DNA from: Lytechinus pictus
Lineage: Eukaryota
Reading direction: 5' to 3'
DNA: 64,000 bases
Assembly (NCBI RefSeq): GCF_037042905.1
Contig: NC_087250.1
Location: 16,556,001-16,620,000, forward strand
Shown: piece after piece, positions 12,899 to 27,400 of the stretch
Layout: each line of letters starts with the position of its first letter
Position numbering within the stretch: the first letter of the stretch is position 1
Notes under the pieces: generated by a model
Told to the model about the DNA's origin: nothing
What the model saw: only the letters and a program-made list of their open reading frames with translations
Databases searched by the model: none
Made by a program: the position numbers and the translations under genes

Positions 12899-13721
12899 CA
12901 GTGAGTCCCAGAAAAAACGAAACCGAGATTAAGCGATGATTTATCATAACTTTATCACAAATACAATAGACAAATGACCTACCAATGTAAAGCTTAGAAT
13001 CTCCTCTTTCATCTGATATTACTTAGATTATTCCCAATTCACGCATGAGTGAGCAAAAACAATTTGAAGAAAGGATACCAAAAACTCATGTGGCAGGGGG
13101 TATCTGAATTTCAAAAAGAAAATCACATGCCTAAAAAGTTCAATATCTGCTCTTTTATTTGATACCTTAATCACACAAAAAAATGGTCAAGAAGTAAAAA
13201 AGTTATGTTCCCTCGAAACAATGCTTGTATTTCCATAATTTCATTAAATAAACGTGTTTTCACCGGTTTCCCACAGAAGCTACCGCATGGTTAACAAAAG
13301 ACTTCATGCATGGCTGATCGTCAACAAAACGGAGTGTCAAGTGAGTTTGAACGCTAGCCTGCAGAACCTCTTAATTTTATGAAATTATTGAAATTCAAGC
13401 CTTATTTCAAACAACCAGAACTTTGTTATTTCTTGACCATTTTCTGTAATTGAGGTATCAAATTAAAGAGCAGATATTGAACTTTTTAAAAATGTGGTTT
13501 TCTTTTTGAAACCCAGATACAGCCCACCAAATGACTTTTTGGTATCGCCTCTTCAAATTGTTTTTGCTCACTCATGCGAGAATGAGAAATAATCTAAGTA
13601 ATTTCAGATGAAAGAGGAGATTCTAAGCTTTACAATGGTAGGTCATTTGTCTATTTTATTTGTGATTAAGTTATGATAAATCATCGATAAATCTCGGTTT
13701 CGTTTTTTGTGGGACGCACTG
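12899..13721. mobile_element. Tc1/mariner-type foldback MITE in a (TA)n tract; truncated copy at 23635-24021
   Basis: CAGTGAGTCCCA...TGGGACGCACTG with inverted arms of about 300 bp. Confidence 0.85.
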
Positions 13722-15255
13722 TATATATATATATATATATATATATGTAACTTATTAAGTGTCAAAATGCTCTCGAGTTTCAAACGGAAATACATTCCGC
13801 GTAAAGAATAAACAGACAATTTATATACATATATATTTACTAATTTAAGTTTTATATTTCAGTGAAGCCGTTACAGTTAGGAAAAATACAACTGTGTCCT
13901 GAAATGATCAAGATATAAAAATACATTGTACAAATGAACATACAAATATGCTAAGGAGTGCTACCAAAAAGAGAAACACAATATATTTTAAGTGAATAAT
14001 CGTCGAAACTAAATGAAAAATATTAAAATCATTAGGATAAACCTAACAACTACAATTTTATATAAAAAGAAAATGGGAAGCCTAATAGCAAAAAAGAATA
14101 TACAATAGTAGAATAATCCCAAACAACAACGAAGGTACATTGACATGAAGAATGGTAATATGTAAGTATAAGTTAAATAGAACCCTGTAACCAATGAATA
14201 TATATCGAGATGCATACATGCATACCAACTTTGCTTTATTTGCATTCTATTTCAGTTATTCCAGAGGTAGCAATACTGAATCACTTATAAAATCACTATT
14301 GTCCATGAAAGTAAATCCAATATCTTCAAAGTAAATAAAACAAAGAGACGACTAAGAAATCATGTGGAAATCGAAATTTTACAGATGTTTACTTCACTAT
14401 AATTAGACTGATGAATGCGGAAATCAATTAAGAGTTATTTTTTATACCTCTTAATTATTTTTTTTTTACAAGAAAATAAAAGCTCGGGAAATTAAATATA
14501 TATAAAATGCGCAAATTTTGTCGATGACGATAAAATCGATTCATCGTGAATATATCATTTCAGCATAAGCATAAACGTAAGACTCTAACTAGGAACTAGG
14601 ATCAAACTAAACGTCAAACTGATAGCGAATAGGCATCATAATTACACAATATATTTTATTTGGGGAATATAATTCAAGTAGTTGTTAACATAGACATTAC
14701 TGCTTATTTTGATGATTGTGTGTACCAATCGAAACAGCCGTATTTCTTTCCTTCGCAACAGTCTTTTTTTAATCGATGCACCGATTTTGCTAAGTTTGCA
14801 CCGGCGCTCGATGACAACGATAGAACACAGATTTTAAAATATTGCGTGATGTTTGTACACAAAATCACGTTGTCGAGACATTTTGGTCTGACATGTATCG
14901 CGTTATTTTGGAACCATTTTGGAGAATGGCCAGCCACTTTAGGAATCTATGTTCATTATAAACTATACAGCTTATACAAAGATTATGATTATTTGATTGG
15001 TTAAAGCCATTCAATATTTGATCCGTTTTTCGCTGCATGCAAATTTAATTTTCCATTGCACGGCGGCCATGGTGTCATGACAGGCTGGTTCTAAACAGAG
15101 TCGCAGTTGACGATCGTCTGTACACATTTGTATTGGCAAATAACTTTGGCTTATCTGAACATTAGGTTGCAAGCGATCATTCCGGATTCATTTGTTTAGA
15201 ACCAGCCCGTCATGACACCATGACAACTGACGTCATCGCTTCATTACTCTATACA

Positions 15256-15430
15256 TTACTCTCTTATACATTCGTATACCACGTGCTGAAAGTATACCGT
15301 ATTTTCTGTATCACCTTGCTCTTGAAGATTTAGGTCGCCGTAGAGGGAGTACTTGCAGTTTGGTCCAAATATCTCTTTGAGTAAGCTACTGAATGTGTTG
15401 ACGTGAACTGGCGCTAATGGCATTGTTACC
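15256..15430 (-). CDS. GNMT-like: GNMT-like gene A terminal exon 5
   Basis: GCACAG| (K)VTMPLAPVHVNTFSSLLKEIFG...YGDL...YFQHVVYECIRE*; 175 nt. Confidence 0.88.
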
Positions 15431-18400
15431 CTGTGCAAAGAGAATGTAAAGCATAAAGGTACGAAATTATTAATATATTAACCGTATGTTTTATGTCGAC
15501 CAAAGTTTGTTTGTAAAAAGTGTCGAGAGGAAGGGGGGGGGGGTGGTTGTATCAGCACACCAATTCAAAAATGATCCTGAATTATTCAAAGATGGAACAG
15601 AAAGTCATCTCAGAAAATGCCAAGTACATGGTGCGGGCGCGTCGTGGTCTAGTGGTTCTGACTGTCGTGGGTCTTGGGTTCGAATCCTAGTCATGGCGAG
15701 TTTTCCTTCAGCAATAAATGTATCCACATTGTGCTGCACTCGACCCAGGTGAGGTGGACGCGTACCCGGCAGGATTAATTCCTCGAATGCACTAAGCGCC
15801 GATGCACAGTGGGCCGGGGCGAAACAAAAGTGCGCCAAAAGTCATTTTGGGCAATTTCAGATTTTTAATTTTTGTCATGCCTAGCTGAAAGACAACACTT
15901 TGAAGAATACTTCATCAAAATATTTCATTCGGAAATTTGCATAAAGGTTGTTAATTTCCTACCTCAAATCGTAAAATGTGACATTTTGCGAAATGCCGCG
16001 TATAATTATGACAACTTAGTTGAAAACCAAGCCATTTCACATGAGGTTTTTCATGTAGGAATCTGAAATAACACCCACATTATCCTGATATATTTTTTTA
16101 TCGTGTGGAAGGGTTCAAAGTAGATAAAAGACACCTTTCATGAGGTTTATAGGATAATTATTCTTCGAAATAGGCTGATAATCCATGTTTTTTGCATTTA
16201 TATTAGAAAAGTTTAGATTTCCGTGGATTTCCGTTTAAATTCTATCATCATCATTTTGCTAGATGTCAAAGCTTTAAGTCGATACCAAATTTAGCTGCCC
16301 GTTCTTGCCCGTTTTCATGTTAGAGCCGATTTTACTTGACACAACACCCCCAAAACCTGTTCAAAAACTGTTATTTTTATACCGCGCAGTCATCGCAGCG
16401 CACCGTGTGGGGTGGATATTGCCGTTCATTTTTGCACGGCGATGGCAATTACCCTTCCATTCCATGAAAATGACATGAATTCCGGGCATAATGCAATCAA
16501 AAGAAAGGTTGATAACGCATATTAGGGCTACCAGCCCCTCTTCCAGAAATAAAAGTTACTTGTAGAATAATTTCAGCCAAAAACCCTCCTCATAGTAAAA
16601 CATTCGTGGTGTTATACTCTGCGTTTTACCCAAGTCTACTCTGCTTGATAAAGCATGGTTAATATTTTTCAGATTTTTAGTATTTTTTTTAATCTAATGA
16701 TCATTTCGATGCAATAAAATTATTTTCAGGATCTCATACACACTTTTTAGGCATGTGAGAAGCATTAACCAACATTCACTCTGGTCAATCTTAAAGTAAC
16801 ACATAACACAAAGTTTATATACTGCACATTGTTTAGCGTAATTTGTCTTTTCACAAATAGGTTTTAAGTAGCCAATCAAAATTTGGTATCAAACTGACGT
16901 CATATCGGCTTTAAATTATGTTCAGTCGATTCTACGCCCAAACTTACCCTTAATCATCATGTTAAAGTAAAAATATAACTGGGAATATAATTTTGGCGCA
17001 GTTTCAACTCATTCTGGCCCACTGTGCGACGATGGTAGCTCGAGCTAAAACCGGGGTAATAATAGCAGCGCTATGTATCCGCTGGCAAAAAAAGCTTCAT
17101 AAACCAAGCTATTATTATCATTATTATCCCATATTGAAATTGATATTTATCAGACATGTAAAAGAATAACATGTCTCGGGAAAGACAACAAATGTCGAAT
17201 AACCCCTACAAGGTTACTTCTCGGAAAAAAATATACAGTATACAAATACTTATCATGTCTTTCGAGGATCTAGCAAAAACTATGGGTACCGAAAAGATAT
17301 AAAATAGTAACCCTTTTTTTCGGGGGCAACGTTCTATTAATCTACTATACCGGAGGCTGTAGTAAATTTGATAGAAAATTGAATTGATGGATTCCGAAAA
17401 TTACTATATCATGGTAATCTCACGCTTTCAGATTTTGTAGTGGAAACTATACTTTTAAGAAATGCTGTAGAAGTCCTATGCAACACACTTAATGTAAAGG
17501 ATACATTTATTGTATACAATAAAATAAAATAAAACTGAGAATTAAACTTAACACATAAGTATATATAAACATAGTAGTAAGCATACATTTAATACATATT
17601 GAAAACAGTGAAGGTAAAAGATATTGAAAAAAGACAACTCACGCGAGTTGGAAAATAAACATATAATTATGTGGTCAGACGATAATTGCAATTTGACAAT
17701 TCATCTATTACTGAAAGTATTCTGTGTATAATTTCTGAATAAACTACAAAATTAAATACGTCATATTTCAAAATTCTTCTGCTGACGCGTCTACTTACTT
17801 TTCTATTTTGTCTTTCCCTGTTTCTTCACATTTGACAACCATATCGTAGATAATGTCTACCCGCTGCCGAACCCCATCCTTTTCTATCACATCGATTGAT
17901 ACACTGGGCAGAGTGTCATCCTATGAATGGGAAAAACACAGATAACGAGAGAATTAGAATTTCACTGTGGGCAAAGGCCATAACCACAGTCTTATCCAGC
18001 ATATCATTCACCCACGTCTGGTACGCATCTGTAACCCTTAAAATACTTCGCTAATAAAAATTTGAAAGGAGTTTTGAGGACTGGTGAAGGGGAGGGACAT
18101 GGTCGTGCCAGGCGCGGTTCTAGGGGGGAGCTTTGGTAACTGAAGCCCCATGCAAAAAAAAATAATGATAAAGCGCTCAAGCCCCCCTCCCCCCCCCCCA
18201 AAAAAAAAAGAAATATATATATATACATATATAGATGCGTATATGTATTGAATAATGCAGTATTCTACTTTTGTCTTCAAGTGCTCTAAAATCAAAGCTT
18301 TTACTATATTTCAAACATTTTCTCGCTCGGTCATATCTAAATGCAAAATGCATTAATGCTCTCTTAGCGAGTATAGTAAGTCCGTGAACCCCAGCAATAC

Positions 18401-21400
18401 AATTAAATGAGAAACTTTTTTAATTGACCTCCCTAATTCAGCAAAGACGAATTCGAATGCTGTAAAATTCATGTTTTAACACTACATTTTTTCCTTATTT
18501 GTCAAACGCGATCTGAAATTCTGTCATTTTTATTATAATATACTTTTTAGGGTTTTGAGAAAATGCTTCAGTCGCTATATTCTCCCTGAGCGAGTCTAAA
18601 ATTATCTAAAACATTTAGTTTAGATATAGGGTTGTCGATCCATGTTTGGATTGAGGGTGTGGTAAAAAACATATCCGACATTTTCAGCGCGCTCAATTTT
18701 GACGTCAACTTTTAACAGAATTTTGCACATGAATTAAGAGCTCCGAATTTAATGTCAGGTACAATAGTTTCACAGTGTTTTCCGGTTCTTTTTAAAACAT
18801 ACTTTTGAATTGAATACTATTGTCAAAAATTATCGTGAAGTTAAATAACATGCCCTCATTTATAACACAAATCAGGGCCTTATGGGTGTTCATACATAAA
18901 AATGAAATGGTTATTAAATCATTATCAAGCATTTTGTATAATTATTTTTTTTGCTAGGTCACTACGCTCCCTCGCATTGCATTGGAAACATATTTCGGGA
19001 CTGGGGGGCGGCGGACGAGCTGCTTGGTCAAAGCAGTAGTCTCTATTGTACACATATCATGCTGCTCATCATAGTAAACAAATATATCAGGCTTTGAGAA
19101 AGTATAATGGAATTATTTATCCGAGGTTGGTCTGGCAATTACTATTTTTCCCGAGGGGCGAAGCCCCGAGGGAAATATAGTAGTTTTGCTAGTCCAACCG
19201 AGGATTATGCTTTCAAATGATACGCCTGAGCACGACCGCCCAGACATTTGGTTAGCACTTTAAAAAAAGTGCGATCAGGTAAGAAAGATTATCCTAAAAT
19301 TATATATTTTTTTAAATTATAATGCTCAATATATGCTGATTTTTTCGTGAAAAATATTTATACACATGAAACACAAAATTTCAGTGTCAATTAAAATTTC
19401 ATTTTTTTCAGATGTCATTTTTGTAATCTTATTTATAAATTGTTCAGTAAAAACAAAATAAGTGAAATTTGATTTCTCGCGGGATTTGAATGAAATTTTC
19501 AGCAAGATGCGTGTTTATTTTTTTATGTTACTATACATGTAAATTCGAATAAACTTTCTTTGGGGTTTGACCTGTATTTTTAAATGGAGGCCCAGGGCTT
19601 TAAATAATGATATGCAAAAAACACATGAATAGAATTCCGCGAGAAAATTGCTGAATATTTTATAAAAATATGATGATGAATAAAATGAAAGTTATTGAGT
19701 TTTAATTCTTGCCAATATTTTATGAAATCAGTTATCAGCATGCCTTAATGAATATGCAGTAGATTGACTGGTGACGTCATGTTCCCCACTTTCTGTTGTT
19801 TTTTTAATTTAATTTAAGTCCTTCATAATTATTTAATATTTTCATGTGCAAAGCTCGTCTCCCTTGTAATTAAACAAGTCCCGGAGCCAACAAAGATTAT
19901 CTAACAAAGTAACTCAATAGTTCTGGGTATTTACATACTTGGAGGTAAAAAATCAGAACACACAAAATAAAATGTAAAAATCCTAAAAGAATAATTGAGG
20001 ATATGACGTCATAAGCTCGATAATTGCATCATAAGACAGGAGAACTGTTTCAACAAAATAATATGTATAATTAAGCACATGAAACGTTCAAGATAGTGGA
20101 TTTTAACAAAGAGCGAGCTGAGATGACAAAAAGGTGATTTTGTTTGACAAAACTTGAGGACATAAATGGTTGAGAGATTTTAGATGGTAAATCAGAATAA
20201 AACGTAGGCCTATACCTTATGATAAACGTTCCTGTTCACTACTACTCCGCGATCAAGCATCGAATCCAAGTTTCTGTGGTCAATCAACAGCAAGCCCCCT
20301 GGTTTCAAGAACTTCTTAAAGTTGGTCAAACATTTCCGATGGAGGGTCAGCGCTGGCGGTAGATCAACGAGGTGTAAAATGGAACTCCCCAAGCAAAGCA
20401 CTGCGTCGAATGGTTCATAAGATGGTAGGTCTTCGGTTAATGTCAGCCAGTTCGCTTGTTTGACAACTGCAACCATCAATAAAAGTAAGATAACAAACTA
20501 GTTATTTACTATAATCGTAGGTCTACATGTGTCAATAAGAAGGCATAGGAACCTAATTCCAAACCATCAATGTTCCCTTGCCCTAAACAATGCCTCTATA
20601 TTGAAGGAAAAAAATACACATTTTTACAAGTAAAAATTTGAATAAAGGCCATCATGTATGTTTCGTTCTTAATAAAACTGGTCGAATTTATGTTCAATTA
20701 CCTTAAGATTCCAACTAGTCATTATCAATTAATTCATATTCAAAAGGGTTTGATAGAAAAGCATAAGTTCAATCAAAATACGTCCGATTCGGAAATCCAA
20801 ATTTAAATATTACATTTATTTTCATTGTGAAAGTCAAGGCATACACTCTAAAAAACAACGAGTAAAACTTTACCCAATATTGGGTAGGAAGAGAACATGC
20901 ATGTTTGTTGGGTATTTTTTCCCCTCAATATTGGGCAAAATGCATGTTTAAAGGGTAATTTTCAACGCACCATTGCGTAATATTTACAAGATATTTGGTA
21001 TCTTTTAACCCAAGAAACATGCATGTTACCATTTTATCCAATATTGGGTAAACTTTTTTTTTAGAGTACCATTTGCTTACCCCAGTCTTTGAGTTCTAAC
21101 CGTTCCTTTTCCGACCTTGCGTAACTAAGCATCGCCTCAGCATCATCGCAACTTACTACATCCATGCCATGCTCGATTAGGAATAGGGAATCTACACTGT
21201 ATGAAATGAACAAAGTAATATGTATAATATATTATGACTATATTTGAGACTGCAGTTACTGAAAGTGCTCAGCTGCATACATATAAGAGCTCATGAAGTA
21301 TTAATATAATAGGGCGGAGCAAGTTGCTTAGATGTTTAGTTGTAGACTGTTACGCGCGAAAGGCTCATCAGCAACTAAAATCACTAAATCAACTTAAAGT

Positions 21401-24400
21401 TAAATTTAATTTAAATTAAAGTACAGCACTTCCCCGAGCAGTTCAGGAGACTCCAATTTACACGTGCTTGCAGAATAAAATCAGCCACTAGACCATGTAG
21501 ACGTCATCAAGAGAATAGGCTACCACAGGCAATCCAAACTCGCCTGTCCAACATTTCCAGCAGCGAATACATCTTCAACAGTGCAATAACCAGACTACGA
21601 ACAATCGTTTTACGATGCTGGACACATACCCAAGCTGACATCCAGGTGGAGGGGGGCACTTCCATTGACGAGTGGATACCATGCGCGACCAAGGGGTCTC
21701 GAAAATCACCCTAAACACGTACTTTCCATATTCTGAAAATGCACCCCTTGACAAGTATTGGCGTGTGAAACCCTACCCTTAACAAATATTGGAAACGAAA
21801 CTATTGGCAAGTATCACTGAATTGAGCCCTAAACAAGTACAGCGATATTTCAATTGTTATGTCACGGACGTCGGTCGTCGACTACCTTTACCTACATCGT
21901 TGGGTTTAGTACAGCCCCACCTCCCACACCTCGCGTCAATCGTACTCTAAACACGTAGGCCCGTATTCTGAAGTCGGGTTTAACTTAAACTCAAGTTTAA
22001 AGTTGTGGTTTAAGTATTGACAGCCAATTGTTACATAAATCACTATTAAAAAACAGAAGGGATATAATATTTCAGCTCATTTGGTTCTCAAATTATTCAT
22101 AATTGTCTAGGAAGTATATATAGATTATTGTCTTCACCATCGATGAATCAGGAAAGAGCACAGCAAACATAAGAAACGCACAACTTAATAAAAAAATTGA
22201 TACTTTTGGCTGTCCATACTTAAGCCACAACTTTAAACCTGAGTTTAACTTAAACCTGACTTCAGAATACGGGCTGTAGTGTTGACTCTTGGGGGAAAAA
22301 GTACATCCTTTATAAAACATTTTAGTCAAAATTTTTTTTATAACCTCGCAAATTCGACCCTACACACGTAGCTTTCCTACCAATTTTTTAATATTATTTT
22401 AGTGTTTTTGACACCTGTATTACGTTACGTACGTAACGTGCCCTATCTTGAAAAAGGCATCCTTTTTACGTGTTTTTGGGGTCGCGCATTGTATCCACTC
22501 GTCAATGTTATTGCCCCCCCCCCGCGACATACACACCGAAACAGACCAATTATCAAAGAAAACGAAAAAGAACATGGGTAAACCCACCACACATCAATGA
22601 TGTGAGAATGAACATCGATAGAAAGTTCCAAGCCCTTGTTGATCAAAACTTCCAAAAGGAACACCAGCAGCTCCAGAAGGTCTGCAACATAAACACTCTG
22701 AATGGCTCGTAGGGCCTATAGCTGCATGGACAATATAGCCACAACTCCGGGGGGGGGGGGGGGGGCAGTTACATTGACGAGTGGATACATGCGCGACCCC
22801 CCAAAAAACACGTAAAAGGGATGTGTTTTTCAAGATAGGGCACGTTACGTACGTAACGTAATAATGGTGTCAAAATAGTAAAATAATGAAAAAGGGTGTC
22901 TATTTCGCTAGGAAAGCTATGTACATGCTTAGGGTCAAATTCGCGAGGGTATAAAATAGACTAAAATGTTTTATAAAGGATGTACTTTTTGCCCCAACAG
23001 TCAACACTACGTGTTTAGAGTCCGATTTGCGCGAGGTGTGGGAGGTGGGGCCGTACTAAGCCCAATCAGGACTTCCCTGGCCCAATGGTGTACATGTAGG
23101 TAAAGGTAAAACCGACGTCCGTCACATATGACAATTAAAATATCGCAGTACTTGTTTAGGGGTTCAATTCAGAGAATATTTGCCAAGGGTATCGTTTTGT
23201 TTCCAAAATTTGTTAAGGGTAGGGTTTCACATGCCAATACTTGTTAAAGGGTGCATTTTCAGAATATGGAAAACACTTGTTTATGGTGCTTTTCGAGACC
23301 CCATGGTCGCGCATGGTATCCACTCGTCAAAGGATGTGGCCCCCCGGGCAACTACTACAAAGGCCCACAACAACGGGATAATGAGACCATGGAGCTACAG
23401 TATAATAGCTCCATGATAAGAGAAAGCCAATGACTCCTGCAACCGAAGAAAAGCAAACCATTGTTCGTAATACTGGGATCCTTCGTAAATCAAACCACCG
23501 TGACACACTATTATGTTATCCTTGTATTCTACATTTACTCCTTCCTTACTGAAATTACGGTATTATGGCGTGGGGAAGTGCATTAAGTTTGCTAATTAAT
23601 AGATTATTTATATTGCCAAAAGGAACTATTTGTACAGTGCGTCCCACACAAAACGAAACCGAGATTTACCGATGACTTATCATAACTTAATCAAAAATAA
23701 AATAGACAAATGACCTACCAATGGAAAGCTTAGAATCTCCTCTTTCATCTGAAATTACTTAGATTATTCCTCATTCAGGCATGAGTGAGCAAAAATAATT
23801 TGAAGAAAGGATACCAAAAAATATTTGGCGGGGGTATGTGAATTTCAAAAAGAAACTCACATGTCTAAAATGTTCAATGTCTGCTCTTTCATTTGGTAAT
23901 TTAATCACATAAATTGGTCAAGAAGTAAAAAAGTTATGTTCCCTCGAAAGAATGCTTGTATTTCCATAATTTCATTAGATAAACGTGTTTTCACCGGTTT
24001 CCCACAGAAGCTATCGCACGCTTAAAGGAGGAATATATTGATTATGAATATGGCCTTATTATATATCAGTGGAAAGGTCATGATGTGGGGATTATCATTT
24101 GGTCATTCAAAAATAACGAAAGTAATACATAAGGTGGAAATCGCCAATAAAAAAGCGCTAAAATGCCTCTCCGAAATACGCCTCCCATCGGTCTCTGAAT
24201 TGACTCGAATTTGATGACGTGTATGAGTGTACGAGACGTGATTGGCTCTCCCACGTCAAGCTCCATTGCATGCAAAACCTGTTGCAAGGGTACGTTTTCT
24301 CCACACTGTCACTGAATACTTCGATCACGAAATGAAAGAAAACCCAGAAGTTTATCTAGATTTTGGATTTTCAAATTGATGATTTTGAAGATGAAGAGAA

Positions 24401-27400
24401 TGATGATGATCGCCCACGCTGAATGGAGTAAGTCCTGCCCCTCTAATTTACCAATTAGGAGGTAAGAATGAAATTGGAATTCAAAATAAAAAATTTGAGA
24501 GTTGAATTAAAATATTTTGACCAATGGAAAAGGGCTTTGCCCTGTCCATCAAAAACAGTGACAGTGGAGTGAGTAAGATCAGGTGACCAAAATATTATTA
24601 TGTGATGGAAAAATAATAGCAAATAAAAATATTTTTTTCGGGAATAGAGGTGTGAGCTAGGTAGCTTGACTGAGTGTGGATGCAGTATAAAACCCCATGT
24701 TTTCCTTCCTCTTTGCACTTGCACAAGTTTGCATAAATTTTATCCAAGTCCCAGAGCATTTGCCACCCCCTCTCCTTCTTCTTTCTTTTCTTTCTTCGTC
24801 TTCGTAACCAAATGGGACTCCTGAAGAACCGGCTATTTAAGTTAAATCAAAGTTTGTCCTCTAACAGAAAGAAACTTTTATAATTTTTTCGTCTGTGTCT
24901 ACGATTTGCCGAGTGTTAAACAGAGCAACGAACATGACGAAAGACTGTGATTTGGCGAAGCAATAATCTTCAGTTCAAAAGCCTCCAATTCTGTTCTTGA
25001 AATTCAAACAGCTGGACATGATGTATATCTTCTTTACTAATAAGTTCAGTAACGAACTGCAACAAGTTAAAGCGTTCAAAGTGATAGAGAGGAAAGAACA
25101 CATTTTTGTTGATCCTGGTGGAAACCTGTGGCAAAGGAGCTGGTGACCCGACCGTGGATTGATTGAGATGGAGGAAACGTCCGTCACATCGTAGCGAGGA
25201 ACGTCGAGAGAATCCAGAAATCAGCTAAGTAGACAAGTTTCTTCATATAAAAAGGTCTATATAATTAGAACTATAAACATCTAATCATATAATACTACGA
25301 AATGCATTAAAAACTTAGGGCCCACGGACTATAATAAAAAAAACTCTTTCTTTTCTCCTTGACCCTAACCTTTTCCCTTACTATCAGTTTGAGTGATGGT
25401 GTGAATGTAAATGTATGTTGAGCTCATAATTTACAGTGTATCTTGGGTAATACTAGAAAGTAAACCATGGTAATGGGTTTTGAGGAAACCAACTTTTGAG
25501 AAAACCAAGGAAGTGTAAGCATAAATTTTAGATATAATAAACAAACGACCAAATTAGAAATTTAAATCCTTTGCGTTTATGTTTAATGTGGTCTTTGTGT
25601 TAACTAACCTCCCCCCAGCTCGGCAGTGGTGAGGCGGTGCTTTTTCCCCTGAGCTAAACAGACCTTACAAAAAAACATTTCCCTGCCCGCCGGGATAAAG
25701 TCGCTGTCGAGGAGGGGTGGGGAGCGTTAGATATGGTACCATCTCCCCCGGGGGGGGGGGCAGTCAAATAAATTGCTGTACACACGCGTGACCCAAAAAA
25801 CGCGTTTGAAGGGGTGTTTTTCAGTTTTGGACGCGGTCCACGCGCGGACTCGTTAAGGGTATCAAAAACACCGATTTTCACGAAAAATTGTGGTTTTGAA
25901 AGACTGGTCAATGGTCAATCGCGGGGTCAAACGTATTTAGGGTATGTTTTTGCCCCCAAAGCTTTTTTTTTAGACTAGCCAAACGCGTTTCGGGTATGTT
26001 TTTTTTCCCAAGCTTTTTTTTTGTCTTTAAGTATCGACTCCTTCGATTTTGATTACTTTTTTCTGAAACGCACTGTATTATCTAATTCATCAATGATGAA
26101 TTACTTTGCTCATCGGGAAACCCTTACTTATATTTACACTATGATTTCTTTTTATATTTATTATGTCACGTCAATGATTTGAATTTCAATGTAGATATTC
26201 CATTATAAATAAATATAGATTTTGCTTTGTAATTGCGTATTGTATTATTATGTTAATCTCTCTATATAGTTCCAATGCGATTACTATGTCAACTGTATAT
26301 ATTAGTGGAAGATAAAAACAGGTGAATTAAATTGAACGTTTATGATGCTCATCATTAGCATGCAACGAATACAAGATGATGAGTGTTTCTTACTATACTA
26401 CTACCCCTTATGTCCACGAGTCAACATGAAATTGATCCAGATCCATACATACTTTCTAAAAAAGTTTCTAAGTTTTGATATTTCCAAAAAAAACAATATT
26501 GGCTTATAACGAAGCATGGTCAAAGTTGAGTGACCGTAAGTGCCCTCTGATTTTGACCATTTAACCCCATCTCGTGCGAAATTATCAGTAGTACTTATTT
26601 GCGCCCAAGTCCAACATGTCCAAGTTTCATAAAATTGGTTCATATTCTTTCAAAGTTATGGTGACATGCCAAAAACGTAACCTTCGGCATGGTCGGTAAG
26701 ATTTTGACGACACCACCCCGTCGCCGCCGCCGTTCCAAAAAGTCTCGCTCTGATATGCAGGCAAAACACACAAAAACAGAAAAGGGCGGGGGGGGGGGGG
26801 GGGACCTTTACATTATACCAACCATTCATTCCATTTATCTAGACTCTGGATATTCAAATTTCAAGTCTTATTAGCAATCATTTAAAATTATTCATGTTTG
26901 GGGGTATTGGCCTCGATCGGTATTTTGCCTTTGCCAATCCCTTAAAATTAAATCAAATGGATGTTGGTTTTACCCTTTCCTTTTGTCATGAAATCGATTT
27001 GTATGGATTGATTTGTTGTTTTTATTGTTTTGTATCATACCTTTTGAATGGGCGTGAATAATATTGGTGAATTTGAATTGGAATATTGTACAGCGACATG
27101 CGAGTTACATCAACAAATTGAAAATCTCCAACGAAAGTGACAATTAAGTAGTTATTTTTATAAACAACACACGGGTCACAATGCATTATGGCTGCCATGG
27201 TAGTTATGAATTTCTAAAATTCATTTAGTATCACATTTATACAGTTGTACATCCCGACATTTAAGCGATGAGGACTTGCATTGTCTGCAATAGTGATGTC
27301 AATGTGAGGTAGACATAGTTGCAAAGAATAATCATTTTACTCAAATACAATGTAGTTTTACAGAAATATACGTTTATTTCACGAAGATATATAACGGTGT

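Larger units (their letters stand above)
21500..23400 (+). mobile_element. Penelope-like retroelement fragment, interrupted by nested DNA elements
   Basis: LPQAIQTRLSNISSSEYIFNSA, then RKRKRTWVNPP...NIDRKF.ALVDQNF...KVCNINTL..SCMDNI..KAHN. This resembles the WFNPP...SYSCM region between the PLE RT and GIY-YIG domains. Confidence 0.65.

Noticed and set aside
14660..15004. 114-aa plus-strand ORF with an acceptor-like site, considered as a late lyase exon
   Set aside because: No convincing class-V motif in any frame I translated.
24290..25250. Acidic coding-looking patches in gene A intron 1
   Set aside because: Interrupted by stops and located after a TTAAAGG element end; probably transposon debris, family not identifiable.
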